Assembly (NCBI GenBank): GCA_030614005.1
Contig: JAUWKS010000035.1
Span: forward strand, 1 to 32,000
DNA: 32,000 nt
Direction of reading: 5' to 3'
Source: Candidatus Heimdallarchaeota archaeon
GTDB taxonomy: Archaea > Asgardarchaeota > Heimdallarchaeia > JABLTI01
Numbering within the stretch: position 1 is the first letter of the stretch; each line of letters opens with the position of its first letter. Below the pieces are notes generated by a model that was not told the DNA's origin, did no database searches, and saw nothing but the letters and a program-made list of their open reading frames with translations. Position numbers and translations under genes: made by a program. Below, piece after piece: positions 1 to 8,771 of the stretch.

Positions 1-344
1 CTAAAGAAGTAGATATAATCATTCTGAACAATCATATTGCTGTAATCCCCTGTGAGATCTGTAGAATATTTAAAGGAATCAACAACTATAGGCTGATCCT
101 TTATGCTAACATCATAGATTTCGAATCCGGTATATTGCTCAAGGAGGTAAACATAACTTCTATTAGCAAAGATTGTAGAACCCCCTCTTGTTATTTCATT
201 ATTTGTTTCTAATTCCTTTCCCAATAAAGAATTACATTGTGCGTTTTGATACCCTACTGTTTTAGTAATAGGTATCAATCCAATCATCAGAATTATTAAA
301 GCAAAGTAGTAAATAGATAGTCTGCTTTTATTGTTTTTAATCAT
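1..344 (-). CDS. Secreted or surface protein with LVIVD-like beta-propeller repeat (5' part only, runs off the window start)
   Basis: Not in the ORF track. ATG at 344 on the minus strand is open to the window edge: MIKNNKSRLSIYYFALIILMIGLIPITKTVG... (signal-peptide-like), then YVYLLEQYTGFEIYDVSIKDQPIVV, which fits the LVIVD repeat pattern. Confidence 0.65.
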   Translation of the reverse strand, partial: MIKNNKSRLSIYYFALIILMIGLIPITKTVGYQNAQCNSLLGKELETNNEITRGGSTIFANRSYVYLLEQYTGFEIYDVSIKDQPIVVDSFKYSTDLTGDYSNMIVQNDYIYFF

Positions 345-592
345 TTTTTCGCCCTCAAATAAATATAACTCTTATTTATATTAGCTGAAAACGAGTATTT
401 TAACCTTTATTTTCACAGAATATCTTAAAAAAATATTTTCGCATTTTATTGGTTTTTGAGCGATTCTCAAGTATTTAGTTAGAAGTAATGAGCAATGGCG
501 TTATCAGAAAAGAGATGCTGCTGCAAGAAAATTTGGAACTATTTAAATATCAAATTAAATAATAACTAAATAGGTTAAGGGTAGAGATTGAT

Positions 593-1399
593 TTGAAATT
601 AACTTTTGAAAAGAGAGCTGAATTGCTTGATAAAATAAGAGATGGTAAAAAAGTAAAAATAAAATGGCTATCAACTGTTTGTATGGTTTCTGCTGAAGAA
701 ATACTTGAGTTAGCTAACGAATATAAATTGTTTATTGATAAAGATAATTTCATTTATGCTCCGGAAGATGAAGGTCTTAGTAACAAAATAGATGAGGAAA
801 TTGATAAAACGGAGAAAGAAGAACTACTAAATTATTTGCGCCAACCTACAATCTTGGAACATACATTAAATCATGATGAGATAATTAAATTAGAATCGAT
901 TTTTATTTCCGATGGTTTTAAATTCAAACGTGATAGGAAAGGAATAATTCTTCATGATATATTGACAATAGATAAAATTGGACTTAAAGTAAAAAATGGT
1001 AATAGTACTCTTTGCAACATAAAATGGGTTGATATGAAGAATATTAAACTAACAAGTCAAACAGAAAAAGAGTATACAAAGAAGAAGAAATACAAATCAA
1101 GATTAATTATCTCATTTGCCTATGCGCTAGATAGAGCAAGTGGAGTTCAATCTGCATTAAGGAATGTGGATAATTTGGATCTTAATCCTATAAGGGTTGA
1201 AGCTTCTATTAAAACTTTTAACACGATTTTAATCACATCAGAAAAACAAAAAGATATCCTGTTAAATACTGCAGGTTTTAAATTAACAGGAAAAGTGTCT
1301 TTTCCCAAAGAATTAGACAGTCTAATTTACATTTTAGAACATTTCTTCCACAAAATGAAAAGGGAGCAGCTTGTCCACAATTCAAAAGAAAATAAATGA
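593..1399 (+). CDS. Hypothetical protein, 268 aa (soluble, Lys-rich)
   Basis: Long open frame with a TTG start. No family motif was recognised. Confidence 0.75.
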   Translation: MKLTFEKRAELLDKIRDGKKVKIKWLSTVCMVSAEEILELANEYKLFIDKDNFIYAPEDEGLSNKIDEEIDKTEKEELLNYLRQPTILEHTLNHDEIIKLESIFISDGFKFKRDRKGIILHDILTIDKIGLKVKNGNSTLCNIKWVDMKNIKLTSQTEKEYTKKKKYKSRLIISFAYALDRASGVQSALRNVDNLDLNPIRVEASIKTFNTILITSEKQKDILLNTAGFKLTGKVSFPKELDSLIYILEHFFHKMKREQLVHNSKENK

Positions 1400-1586
1400 A
1401 GTGAATTTAGAAAAACAGAGGATTCCATTTATCTGTTTTTTGGTTTGGAAAACTCATATTGAAATGGATGGTATTAGTTTACCCTTTCTGGTATTTGGTA
1501 CTCAGGGTTCAGAAATAGATTTATTTGTTGTTTTGGCTTCTTTAGCAATTGTTCCTATTTTCATAAGAAAAAGAAAGAAGAAATAA
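1371..1586 (+). other. Short ORF ending in a C-terminal membrane anchor (hydrophobic helix plus RKRKKK), possibly a gene remnant
   Basis: The C-terminus GSEIDLFVVLASLAIVPIFIRKRKKK has the TM-plus-basic-tail layout of archaeal surface-protein sorting signals. The rest is short and overlaps the upstream gene by 29 nt. Confidence 0.35.
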
Positions 1587-1808
1587 CTAATTCATGAATA
1601 TCTCTTTCCTCTCTTTTTATCATTTGTTAATAAATTAACAAGTTACAAAATCCAATGATTTTTTGAGGTTCTGGCAACTTCAAATCTTCATTAAGATTGC
1701 CTTCTTTACATTAGTACTTGAAAACTTGACTATTTTGGATCTATTATCTGTAAGAAACAGAATTTTTAAATGATAAAAATAGTTGTGTAATAGACCTTAA
1801 AAAATGAG

Positions 1809-2312
1809 GTGGGTTATATATTGAAACTTACAAGTCTTTGTTTAATTCAGATGGGATTAAATGGATTGGAATTAGTTAAAGCTTTTCCAGCTGTTTTGAC
1901 GAAAAAAGAAATGAATAAAATCATTTTTCAAAGTATACCTTTTGGAGCAAACGACGGAGATTTTTTTACAAGAACTATAAATAAAAGAGTTATTTGTGGA
2001 TATGTTTTTAGTGTTCATAAAATTGAAAAACAAAGATCAAACATTGCTACAATAACTGCTGTATTTGATTCAATGGATTTCCAACCAATTTTCATTAAGA
2101 ATGTGTTTTCTTTGATTATTCAAGAACTAAAGAACAACAATATACTATCAATCAATTTAATCGAAGAAATACTTCCAAAGATTTACGATGGATTAATTAA
2201 AAAATCTTTTAAAATAAAAGTAAACTCTGATGTAACATTGGAATTTGATTTTCCTCAAAATGAGGAAACAACAAAAAAGCCTTTCCAAAACTTTAGTGAA
2301 GATGTTTGGTAG
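1809..2312 (+). CDS. uDENN/longin-like domain protein (true start possibly TTG 1821)
   Basis: LCLIQMGLNGLELVKAFPAVLTKKEMNKIIFQSIPFG..GD...GYVF resembles the N-terminal uDENN pattern of DENND6/AVL9-type proteins (hydrophobic strand, G, then YP/FP, LT..E...I...S.P, GD, GYV). A GAGGTG ribosome-binding site precedes TTG 1821. Confidence 0.6.
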   Translation: MGYILKLTSLCLIQMGLNGLELVKAFPAVLTKKEMNKIIFQSIPFGANDGDFFTRTINKRVICGYVFSVHKIEKQRSNIATITAVFDSMDFQPIFIKNVFSLIIQELKNNNILSINLIEEILPKIYDGLIKKSFKIKVNSDVTLEFDFPQNEETTKKPFQNFSEDVW

Positions 2313-2391
2313 AAAAGAAAATTTATTTAGAAGATTTCATTTAAATTTAAAGAGGCGGTAAGCTAATTGGTGTCCTATATATTAAATTTTT

Positions 2392-3300
2392 TTGGAGGAA
2401 AAAAATAACTTGGCAATTAGTAGTTTTGTATTATTAATGATAAGTGTAAGTGCTATTGTAGCTACAGGCTCTCTTATCTTTTCATTTATTATGGTATGGA
2501 ATTTCTTCAAAAAGAAAACTATGGGAACAGCACTTTTAGCTTTTTTTTATGGAGCTATCGCAATATATCATATAGTTCATTCAGTAATGATGAGTATAGC
2601 AGCGCAAAATCCTTTTTCTCTTCCACATAAAATACTCTTTATTATTTATGTAGCAACACTACTATTGTCATACTATTATTTGTACGTATTTGCTTGTAGA
2701 CATATTTTTAGAGATAATGATTTCGTAAAGTCTTCAATAACTATTATTATGCTCGCTGCGAATGCCGCAATTATTGGTATGATGGCATATGAACTCATAC
2801 TAGATGTACCATCTCCAATCTTTTATGTCATAGATCCTAAACCAGAGTGGAATATAAGCCATTACGTACCTGTACCTTTAGTTTTATTAACACTTTATTT
2901 GACATGCGTTTTATTTGTTGAAATAAGAATTATTTTTAGACTATCATTAACTTTAATCAAGAAAGAAGTTGAAAACGATATTCAAAGAAAAGGACTTCAG
3001 CAAATTCTTTTTGGAATCTTATCTTTATTTGCTTCAGTACTACTCACAATTATAATCTCTTTACCCAATATCAATAACACACTCTTTTCTATCTTATATA
3101 TTTTAAGAGGAATGCTTACATTGCTAGGTTTACTATTGAGTTATATAGGTTGGATTCTTCCTGAATGGTATGTCAGAAGAGTAAGAAAGACATGGATAGT
3201 GTCAAAAATAACAAATGATAATGAAATAGAAACACCAAATACAAACTCCAAAACTTTCAATACGGTCGCAGAAAAAAATGATGAAATTGATGCGATGTAA
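2392..3300 (+). CDS. Seven-transmembrane protein with a cytoplasmic tail (7TM sensor-like)
   Basis: About 7 hydrophobic segments (roughly aa 9-37, 45-68, 81-103, 116-136, 160-182, 201-224, 231-254), then GWILPEW and a hydrophilic tail. There is no Lys in TM7. Confidence 0.7.
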   Translation: MEEKNNLAISSFVLLMISVSAIVATGSLIFSFIMVWNFFKKKTMGTALLAFFYGAIAIYHIVHSVMMSIAAQNPFSLPHKILFIIYVATLLLSYYYLYVFACRHIFRDNDFVKSSITIIMLAANAAIIGMMAYELILDVPSPIFYVIDPKPEWNISHYVPVPLVLLTLYLTCVLFVEIRIIFRLSLTLIKKEVENDIQRKGLQQILFGILSLFASVLLTIIISLPNINNTLFSILYILRGMLTLLGLLLSYIGWILPEWYVRRVRKTWIVSKITNDNEIETPNTNSKTFNTVAEKNDEIDAM

Positions 3301-3395
3301 TTTTTTCTAAATAAATTTGGAGTAAAAACTCCAATAAATCTTTTTTGAGAAATCATTTTTGGATTTTTTCTCCCTGCTTATTTCATTTCAAAAGC

Positions 3396-3444
3396 TTTAA
3401 ATATAAATGAGTATTACTCAATTATAATTGAGCACTGCTCATTT
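3396..3444 (+). promoter_or_regulatory. TATA box (TTTAAATA 3396-3403) followed by a 40-bp inverted repeat made of two TGAG-N5-CTCA operator sites
   Basis: aaatgagtattactcaattataattgagcactgctcattt (3405-3444) is a near-perfect palindrome. Sub-sites are tgagtattactca (3408-3420) and tgagcactgctca (3429-3441). Confidence 0.8.
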
Positions 3445-3491
3445 AACAATATTTATTGAGCAATAACATAAGAAAAATTGGTGATAATAAA

Positions 3492-5063
3492 ATGGACGAA
3501 ACCGTAAATCAAATCAAATTTCAAGAAAAAATAAGAAAATTTTTCAGCAAGATAAAACGAGAAACAATTATAGATTATATCTACCTACTAATAGGTTGTT
3601 TCTTTTTTGTATTCCTTGGTTGGCGATGGAACATGCCATTTGCAGCTTGGATTTCCCCGATATTTCTAATGAGATTCTTTAGAAATCAAAAGAAGTTTTG
3701 GCCTACACTTCTAGTTCTGCCTTTCTTAGCTCTAATTACTTTTCTAAAAATGAGAGATGGTTGGGATATTCCGATTTTATTCCAAATTTTATTAAGTGTT
3801 TTTGTACCCGTTCTATTTGTAATGGTTCCTCTCTATATGGATCGTTTTATTGCTAAAAGATATGAGTCAATTTTAGGTTCTCTTGTTTACCCATCAGTAA
3901 TAGTAATTATTGAATACCTTATTGGATTAACCTTACTTGGTTCAACGCTTGTTGTAGGCGGTACGCAATTTCACTTTGGTGTATTTGTTCAATTATCCTC
4001 AATTACAAGTATTTGGGGATTATCATTTCTGATATCTTGGACAGCTTCAGTAATAAACACCTTTTGGGAAAAAGACTTTAAATTCGACTTTAAAAAACCG
4101 CCCAAACTAGCAAAAATCTATGGTGTGATCATTATATCTACAATGTTATTTGGTGCACTTCGAGTAGCAATTTCAGATCCATCTTCACCTACTGTCCGGG
4201 TTGGGTCGATGTCAGTTGAACATCAAAGAGATTACTGGGGTGAAATTGTAGATAAACAAACACCTGCAGATGAAGCTTCATTGTACCTCCCGGAATTTCA
4301 AGCGTTAGAAGATCAATTGTTTTCAATGTCTGAGCAAGCAGTAAATGGCGGTGCAAAAATTGTTTTCTGGTCAGAAGGTAATTGTCCTTATTATGAAGAT
4401 TATGAGCAAGAATTTTATAATCGATCAAAAACTTTTGCAATTGAACATAATATCTACTTTGCTCCAGGTGTAGTCAAGTTCTACTATGATTCTTACATCA
4501 GCGACAATAAAGTGGTTATGTTTGATCCAAATGGCACGCTTGTTCTAGAGTACATTAAAACCAAATCATGGTATGAGACGTATTCTGATGGAATAATCCC
4601 TTCTGTCGATACTCCCTATGGCAAACTTGCTGTTACAATTTGTTTTGATAATGATTTTCCTAATTTCATTCGTCAAGTAGGTAAAGCAAAAGTCGATATT
4701 CTCTTAATGCCTGCTTTTGATGTTGTAGCTATAAAGGAATTTCATGCTGAAACTTCATTAATAAGAGGGATTGAAAATGGCGTCAATGTTGTCAGGCATG
4801 TCAATACGGGTTGTTCTTATGCTATTGACTATTTGGGAAATGTTATCGCATATCAAGACCATTTTGATACTGTTGAACGGATTATGTATTCCGATGTACC
4901 TACAGAAAGAACATTCACACTTTATTCTATTTTAGGTGATTGGTTTGCGTATACTAATTTTGCTCTAATGGTTCTCATAATAGTTGATTTTGTTTTTCGA
5001 CAAACAAAAAAGAGACCACTATTTTCTAAGAAAAAAATTATTGAAAGTTCCGATTCTGTTTGA
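3492..5063 (+). CDS. lnt: Apolipoprotein N-acyltransferase-like protein (membrane domain plus nitrilase/CN-hydrolase domain)
   Basis: Multi-TM N-terminus including QLSSITSIWGLSFLI. Nitrilase triad: Glu (VFWSEG), Lys (EYIKTK), Cys (TICFDNDFP). C-terminal TLYSILGDWF plus a TM helix, as in Lnt. The ORF is open from 3456, and ATG 3492 is the likelier start. Confidence 0.8.
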   Translation: MDETVNQIKFQEKIRKFFSKIKRETIIDYIYLLIGCFFFVFLGWRWNMPFAAWISPIFLMRFFRNQKKFWPTLLVLPFLALITFLKMRDGWDIPILFQILLSVFVPVLFVMVPLYMDRFIAKRYESILGSLVYPSVIVIIEYLIGLTLLGSTLVVGGTQFHFGVFVQLSSITSIWGLSFLISWTASVINTFWEKDFKFDFKKPPKLAKIYGVIIISTMLFGALRVAISDPSSPTVRVGSMSVEHQRDYWGEIVDKQTPADEASLYLPEFQALEDQLFSMSEQAVNGGAKIVFWSEGNCPYYEDYEQEFYNRSKTFAIEHNIYFAPGVVKFYYDSYISDNKVVMFDPNGTLVLEYIKTKSWYETYSDGIIPSVDTPYGKLAVTICFDNDFPNFIRQVGKAKVDILLMPAFDVVAIKEFHAETSLIRGIENGVNVVRHVNTGCSYAIDYLGNVIAYQDHFDTVERIMYSDVPTERTFTLYSILGDWFAYTNFALMVLIIVDFVFRQTKKRPLFSKKKIIESSDSV

Positions 5064-5188
5064 AAGGAACTTTCCAACTTTTCTTTTTCAAACAAGATAA
5101 TCAATTTTACATTTAAACATCAAAAATTAGTAATTTTATACTCTTATAGTATGTGTTTAGAAGAAAAGAATGGAGAAAATTTAATTAA

Positions 5189-5201
5189 CGAGCATTACTC
5201 A
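5189..5201 (+). promoter_or_regulatory. Third copy of the operator (cgagcattactca), 8 nt upstream of the TetR start codon
   Basis: It matches the two sites at 3408-3420 and 3429-3441 (consensus YGAG-YAYTR-CTCA). Confidence 0.7.
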
Positions 5202-5209
5202 CTAACTAT

Positions 5210-5830
5210 ATGGACGATAATCAAGAACCAAAATTCCATCGAGATAAAGAAGGAAAAATTAAACTTATTATTGAAACATTTGTGAGATTAATAATAGAAA
5301 AGGGTTACACAAATGTTAGTACAAATCTCGTAGCAAAAGAAGCAGGTTTAAGTATCGGTACAATTTATAATTATTTCAAAAGCAAAGAAGATATTTTACA
5401 TTCGGCATTCCAAGGAACAATTGAAGATTTCATTGACTTTTCAGATATAATAAAAATATTAACAACATACGATTACAAGACAACAAAAATGCTCGTTAGT
5501 AAATATCTCGCTAATCACAAGGAATACTATCAACTCCACAAAGCCCAAGATCAAGCAATTGCTATAAATCAAGACGTTTTTCATAATTACCAAAAAAATA
5601 TCGAAGATTATATTCGAGCATTTTCAGAACAAGTCCGGCAAAGTGTTGTTCAACTAGCAAAAATTCCTGCAGAAACAATTTCAAACGCTATGATGTTAAG
5701 TACTAATTTACTGGATACACTTGTGCATCAGCATCTCTTTCGAGTCTCATTTTTTGAAAATGACGAAGAATTTGTTGATTATGTTACAAAATTGTTTATT
5801 TTTACTCTCAAGCTCTACCTCAAAGAGTAA
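5210..5830 (+). CDS. TetR/AcrR family transcriptional regulator
   Basis: Classic N-terminal HTH: IIETFVRLIIEKGYTNVSTNLVAKEAGLSIGTIYNYFKSKEDIL. Confidence 0.95.
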   Translation: MDDNQEPKFHRDKEGKIKLIIETFVRLIIEKGYTNVSTNLVAKEAGLSIGTIYNYFKSKEDILHSAFQGTIEDFIDFSDIIKILTTYDYKTTKMLVSKYLANHKEYYQLHKAQDQAIAINQDVFHNYQKNIEDYIRAFSEQVRQSVVQLAKIPAETISNAMMLSTNLLDTLVHQHLFRVSFFENDEEFVDYVTKLFIFTLKLYLKE

Positions 5831-6075
5831 ATTCAGTAAATCAATTTCATATTAAAATACGATTTAATTTGACGGATAAAAAACGCTATTATATTAGATC
5901 CATATGTCAAATAAACAGTGAGCAAGAATCCAATAGTATCTATCAATCTTTGATGGATTTATTGTTTCAGTTGTACAATATTGAGGTTATTACTCTATTT
6001 ACATCAAAACGCAGATAGAATTTTTGTTATCTTGGAAGTAAATCCAATGTTTCTCTCAATAACGAATATTTTTAA

Positions 6076-6093
6076 TATAAGTAACTGCTTATA
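6076..6093 (+). promoter_or_regulatory. Inverted repeat TATAAG-N6-CTTATA, likely ArsR autoregulatory operator
   Basis: tataag-taactg-cttata lies 7 nt upstream of the ArsR ATG. Confidence 0.65.
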
Positions 6094-6100
6094 GAATTAT

Positions 6101-6469
6101 ATGTCCCGACAAGCAGAATTAATAAAATTAGCAGAAATATTCAAAGTTTTAGCTGATCCTACAAGATTACGTTTGATACGGCTACTTGCATCTAATATGG
6201 AAGACAAACTTTGTGTAATAGATTTAGCTAAGAAATTAAAAATAACACAACCTGCTGCTTCTCAGCATCTTAAAGTTCTAAAGAGTGCTAATTTACTGTA
6301 CACTCATTTGGAGCGTCCTCGAAAATATTATTACTTAAATCTAGTTGAGTTGCGGAACCAAAAAGAAAATTTGGATAACCTATTCAAGCTTGCTTTTGTA
6401 AAATGCTCTCAGGATGGTCAATGCCAAGAATGTCCTTTCTTAGATTCTTGTGACGTTGCTAAAATTTGA
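6101..6469 (+). CDS. ArsR/SmtB family transcriptional regulator with a C-terminal four-Cys motif
   Basis: FKVLADPTRLRLIRLL...LCVIDLAKKLKITQPAASQHLKVLK is the ArsR winged-helix signature. The tail is CSQDGQCQECPFLDSC. Confidence 0.95.
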   Translation: MSRQAELIKLAEIFKVLADPTRLRLIRLLASNMEDKLCVIDLAKKLKITQPAASQHLKVLKSANLLYTHLERPRKYYYLNLVELRNQKENLDNLFKLAFVKCSQDGQCQECPFLDSCDVAKI

Positions 6470-6510
6470 TTTGTTGTTTTTTCAGCAATATTTTAGCTAA
6501 TCAAAATATA

Positions 6511-6528
6511 TATAAGTATATACGCATA
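6511..6528 (+). promoter_or_regulatory. Degenerate second ArsR-type operator (tataag-tatata-cgcata)
   Basis: The left half is identical to the site at 6076, the right half has 2 mismatches and the 6-nt spacer is the same. It lies about 21 nt upstream of ATG 6550. Confidence 0.45.
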
Positions 6529-6549
6529 CACTAATAGCTAGTGACGTTT

Positions 6550-7302
6550 ATGACTCAAATAACAAATATTGAAAAAAACGAGATTCAAAAGAAAAATAAC
6601 TGGTTATCGATTACAGCTTTAGTACTTATTGGAGTATTACTAATTCTAATTATTAGTTTTACCTTCATGAGAACTGCAGCAGAAATTACAGATATGATAC
6701 TTGAAGCAACATCTGCACTGAAAATATATTATATTGTAACCCATGCACTTTTCTTGGTTACACTAGCAGTTGGGTTTCCACTCAAAAGAATCAGGAAATA
6801 TATTTTCTTTGGATATATTTTGTTCCTATCAGTTTCGGCATTCATTGTATCAATAATATTTGTGATAGTACCAAATATTGTGATTTTTTCTTTATTTACA
6901 AGTCTAATTATTTATGCTTTTATAAACAAGAAAATAAATTTTGATTTGAAAGAAGTATCTATTGCGGGATGGATTTTCGGAATCATTGCGTTAATTTTTG
7001 GATTTTGGTATTTGCATTGGATAGACGATCCAATTTGGTTAAATGCTTTGTTATACTCTCCTCTCGGAGGTATTAACTGCCCAACAATGATTGCTGTATG
7101 CGGATTTTTGATACTGCAAAGTAAACCTAGATCTCATCTATTGGATTTTGTAATTGGATTCATAACCTGCTACTTTGGATTTTTCGGAGTTTTTCGATTA
7201 GCTGCTTATGTAGATATTTCTTTAATAATCTGTGGCGGTTTTTTGGTGGTAAGATCCATAATGGATATAATGAAATTTTGGAAAAAGCAAACTGATAATT
7301 AA
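6550..7302 (+). CDS. Multi-pass membrane protein with a CPT motif (DUF6064-like)
   Basis: About 8 hydrophobic helices. YSPLGGINCPTMIAVCGFL resembles the conserved CPT..x..G.L segment of DUF6064-type proteins. The ORF is open from 6541. Confidence 0.55.
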   Translation: MTQITNIEKNEIQKKNNWLSITALVLIGVLLILIISFTFMRTAAEITDMILEATSALKIYYIVTHALFLVTLAVGFPLKRIRKYIFFGYILFLSVSAFIVSIIFVIVPNIVIFSLFTSLIIYAFINKKINFDLKEVSIAGWIFGIIALIFGFWYLHWIDDPIWLNALLYSPLGGINCPTMIAVCGFLILQSKPRSHLLDFVIGFITCYFGFFGVFRLAAYVDISLIICGGFLVVRSIMDIMKFWKKQTDN

Positions 7303-7309
7303 AAATCAT

Positions 7310-7342
7310 GAGATTAATCATTTTAATCTCTTTATTTTTTTT
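7310..7342 (+). terminator. Hairpin plus U-rich tract after the membrane-protein gene
   Basis: gagattaa (7310-7317) pairs with ttaatctc (7323-7330) across a 5-nt loop and is followed by tttatttttttt. Confidence 0.55.
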
Positions 7343-7967
7343 CCCAAATAATTACATTTTGTTTATATTTTTAGAATGAATATAGTAAATATATTTAATT
7401 CTTGATTTTTAGAAATTATTATAGTTGCCTTGAGTGAGGAAAAATGCTTTTTGATACACCCTATATAATCGAAATAGAACTTTAAAGCTCTTTTTTCATT
7501 TTTTCTACTTCTTGTAAACTTTCCTTTTTTGGTCCTGAATCGAAATTTTCCTATTTTCAGAAATGTTTAAATATATGGATGTTCTATAACATCTACAGAG
7601 ATGTTTAATATCCTCTCTGGAGTGAAATAAAATGATTGACAAATACACTATCAAAAATACAAGACAGAATATGAGCAGAAAATACAACAAAATAAAAGAT
7701 AAAATAGCCAACAAGCTAGGAAGAAATCGTAATAAAAAAACGAGTTAGTTGTATAATAGCAAATGAAAATTTGAGAAATTAGAAAATTAAAACAATAATT
7801 CCTTCTAATTTTTCTTTTTTATATTTAAAATGGTAAAGGTATTTAATTAAGAAAATAAGAACTATATGAGGACACCTATAAAATAAATATATTAAATAAT
7901 TCTAAACTTAATATTATTGATTTATAGTGTAATAATGAAAGTGATGAGTATGATAAAGGAATCAAAC

Positions 7968-8372
7968 ATGGAAAAAATAACAATAAATTTACCACCTGTT
8001 GAAATCGCGAGAATAGATGTTCTTGTTGAAAACGGTCTTTACCCAAGCCGATCTGAATTTATTAGAACATCCATAAGAAAGACTCTTGATATACACAATG
8101 AAATTATTGAAAAGAAATTTAAAGATAAAAATTTTGGAATTGGCGTTTATCATATTAGTAAGAACCAAATTGTGAAAGCAATTTCTACAGGAAGGAAATT
8201 ATCTATCAAAGTTGCTGGATTATTAATTATTGGGAAAGATGTCACTGCAGATTTGGTCAAGAAAGGAGTTGAAAGTATTAAAGTTTATGGAATTATAAAG
8301 GGTTCATCTCAAGTGAAAAAAGAATTTAGCAAACTAAAATCCTTAGATATCCCAATAGAATTTGAAGATTAG
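7968..8372 (+). CDS. CopG/Arc-MetJ ribbon-helix-helix regulator with an extra C-terminal domain
   Basis: MEKITINLPPVEIARIDVLVENGLYPSRSEFIRTSIRK is an RHH signature. The ORF is open from 7917, and ATG 7968 fits the domain start. Confidence 0.85.
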   Translation: MEKITINLPPVEIARIDVLVENGLYPSRSEFIRTSIRKTLDIHNEIIEKKFKDKNFGIGVYHISKNQIVKAISTGRKLSIKVAGLLIIGKDVTADLVKKGVESIKVYGIIKGSSQVKKEFSKLKSLDIPIEFED

Positions 8373-8732
8373 ATTTAATTTTATATGAGAGTATAAATAG
8401 AAATCAGTATGGGAATTGAATGACAGATTAGTATATTCAAACTGAAAGGTGACAAAGGACTAGCCTCTAGGAACGATAATTGTGTTTGTATAAAGAAATG
8501 TCAGTTTTTATATCAATAAAGATGAAATATTGTTTATAATAGGGCGTCATCTGGAAATAGAAAAACAACGTTGGTAAAGATTTTCAGCGGTCTTAATCGT
8601 TCTTCAATGATTGTTATATCTGGTGTATTAAAGTTACAAAGTTATCCTAGGTTTCATCTATTAAATTTTGTAATTGGATTCGTAATTTTAATTTAATAGT
8701 TTCAATCTTATCTTAGTCTTTGCATAGGGATT

Positions 8733-8749
8733 GCAAAAAGGTTAAATAA
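8733..8749 (+). promoter_or_regulatory. BRE/TATA-like promoter positioned to start transcription at about 8771-8773
   Basis: gcaaaaag-gttaaataa: a purine-rich BRE-like stretch followed by a TTAAATAA box centred about 26 nt upstream of the first base of the RNA closing stem. Confidence 0.5.
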
Positions 8750-8771
8750 TATCAGCTAAAAATAAAAACTA

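Noticed and set aside
2392-3300. Rhodopsin or heliorhodopsin
   Set aside because: No retinal-binding Lys in helix 7 and no rhodopsin helix-3 motif.
7505-7714. 69-aa minus-strand ORF in the intergenic region
   Set aside because: Low-complexity hydrophobic translation of AT-rich DNA, with no ribosome-binding site or motif recognised.
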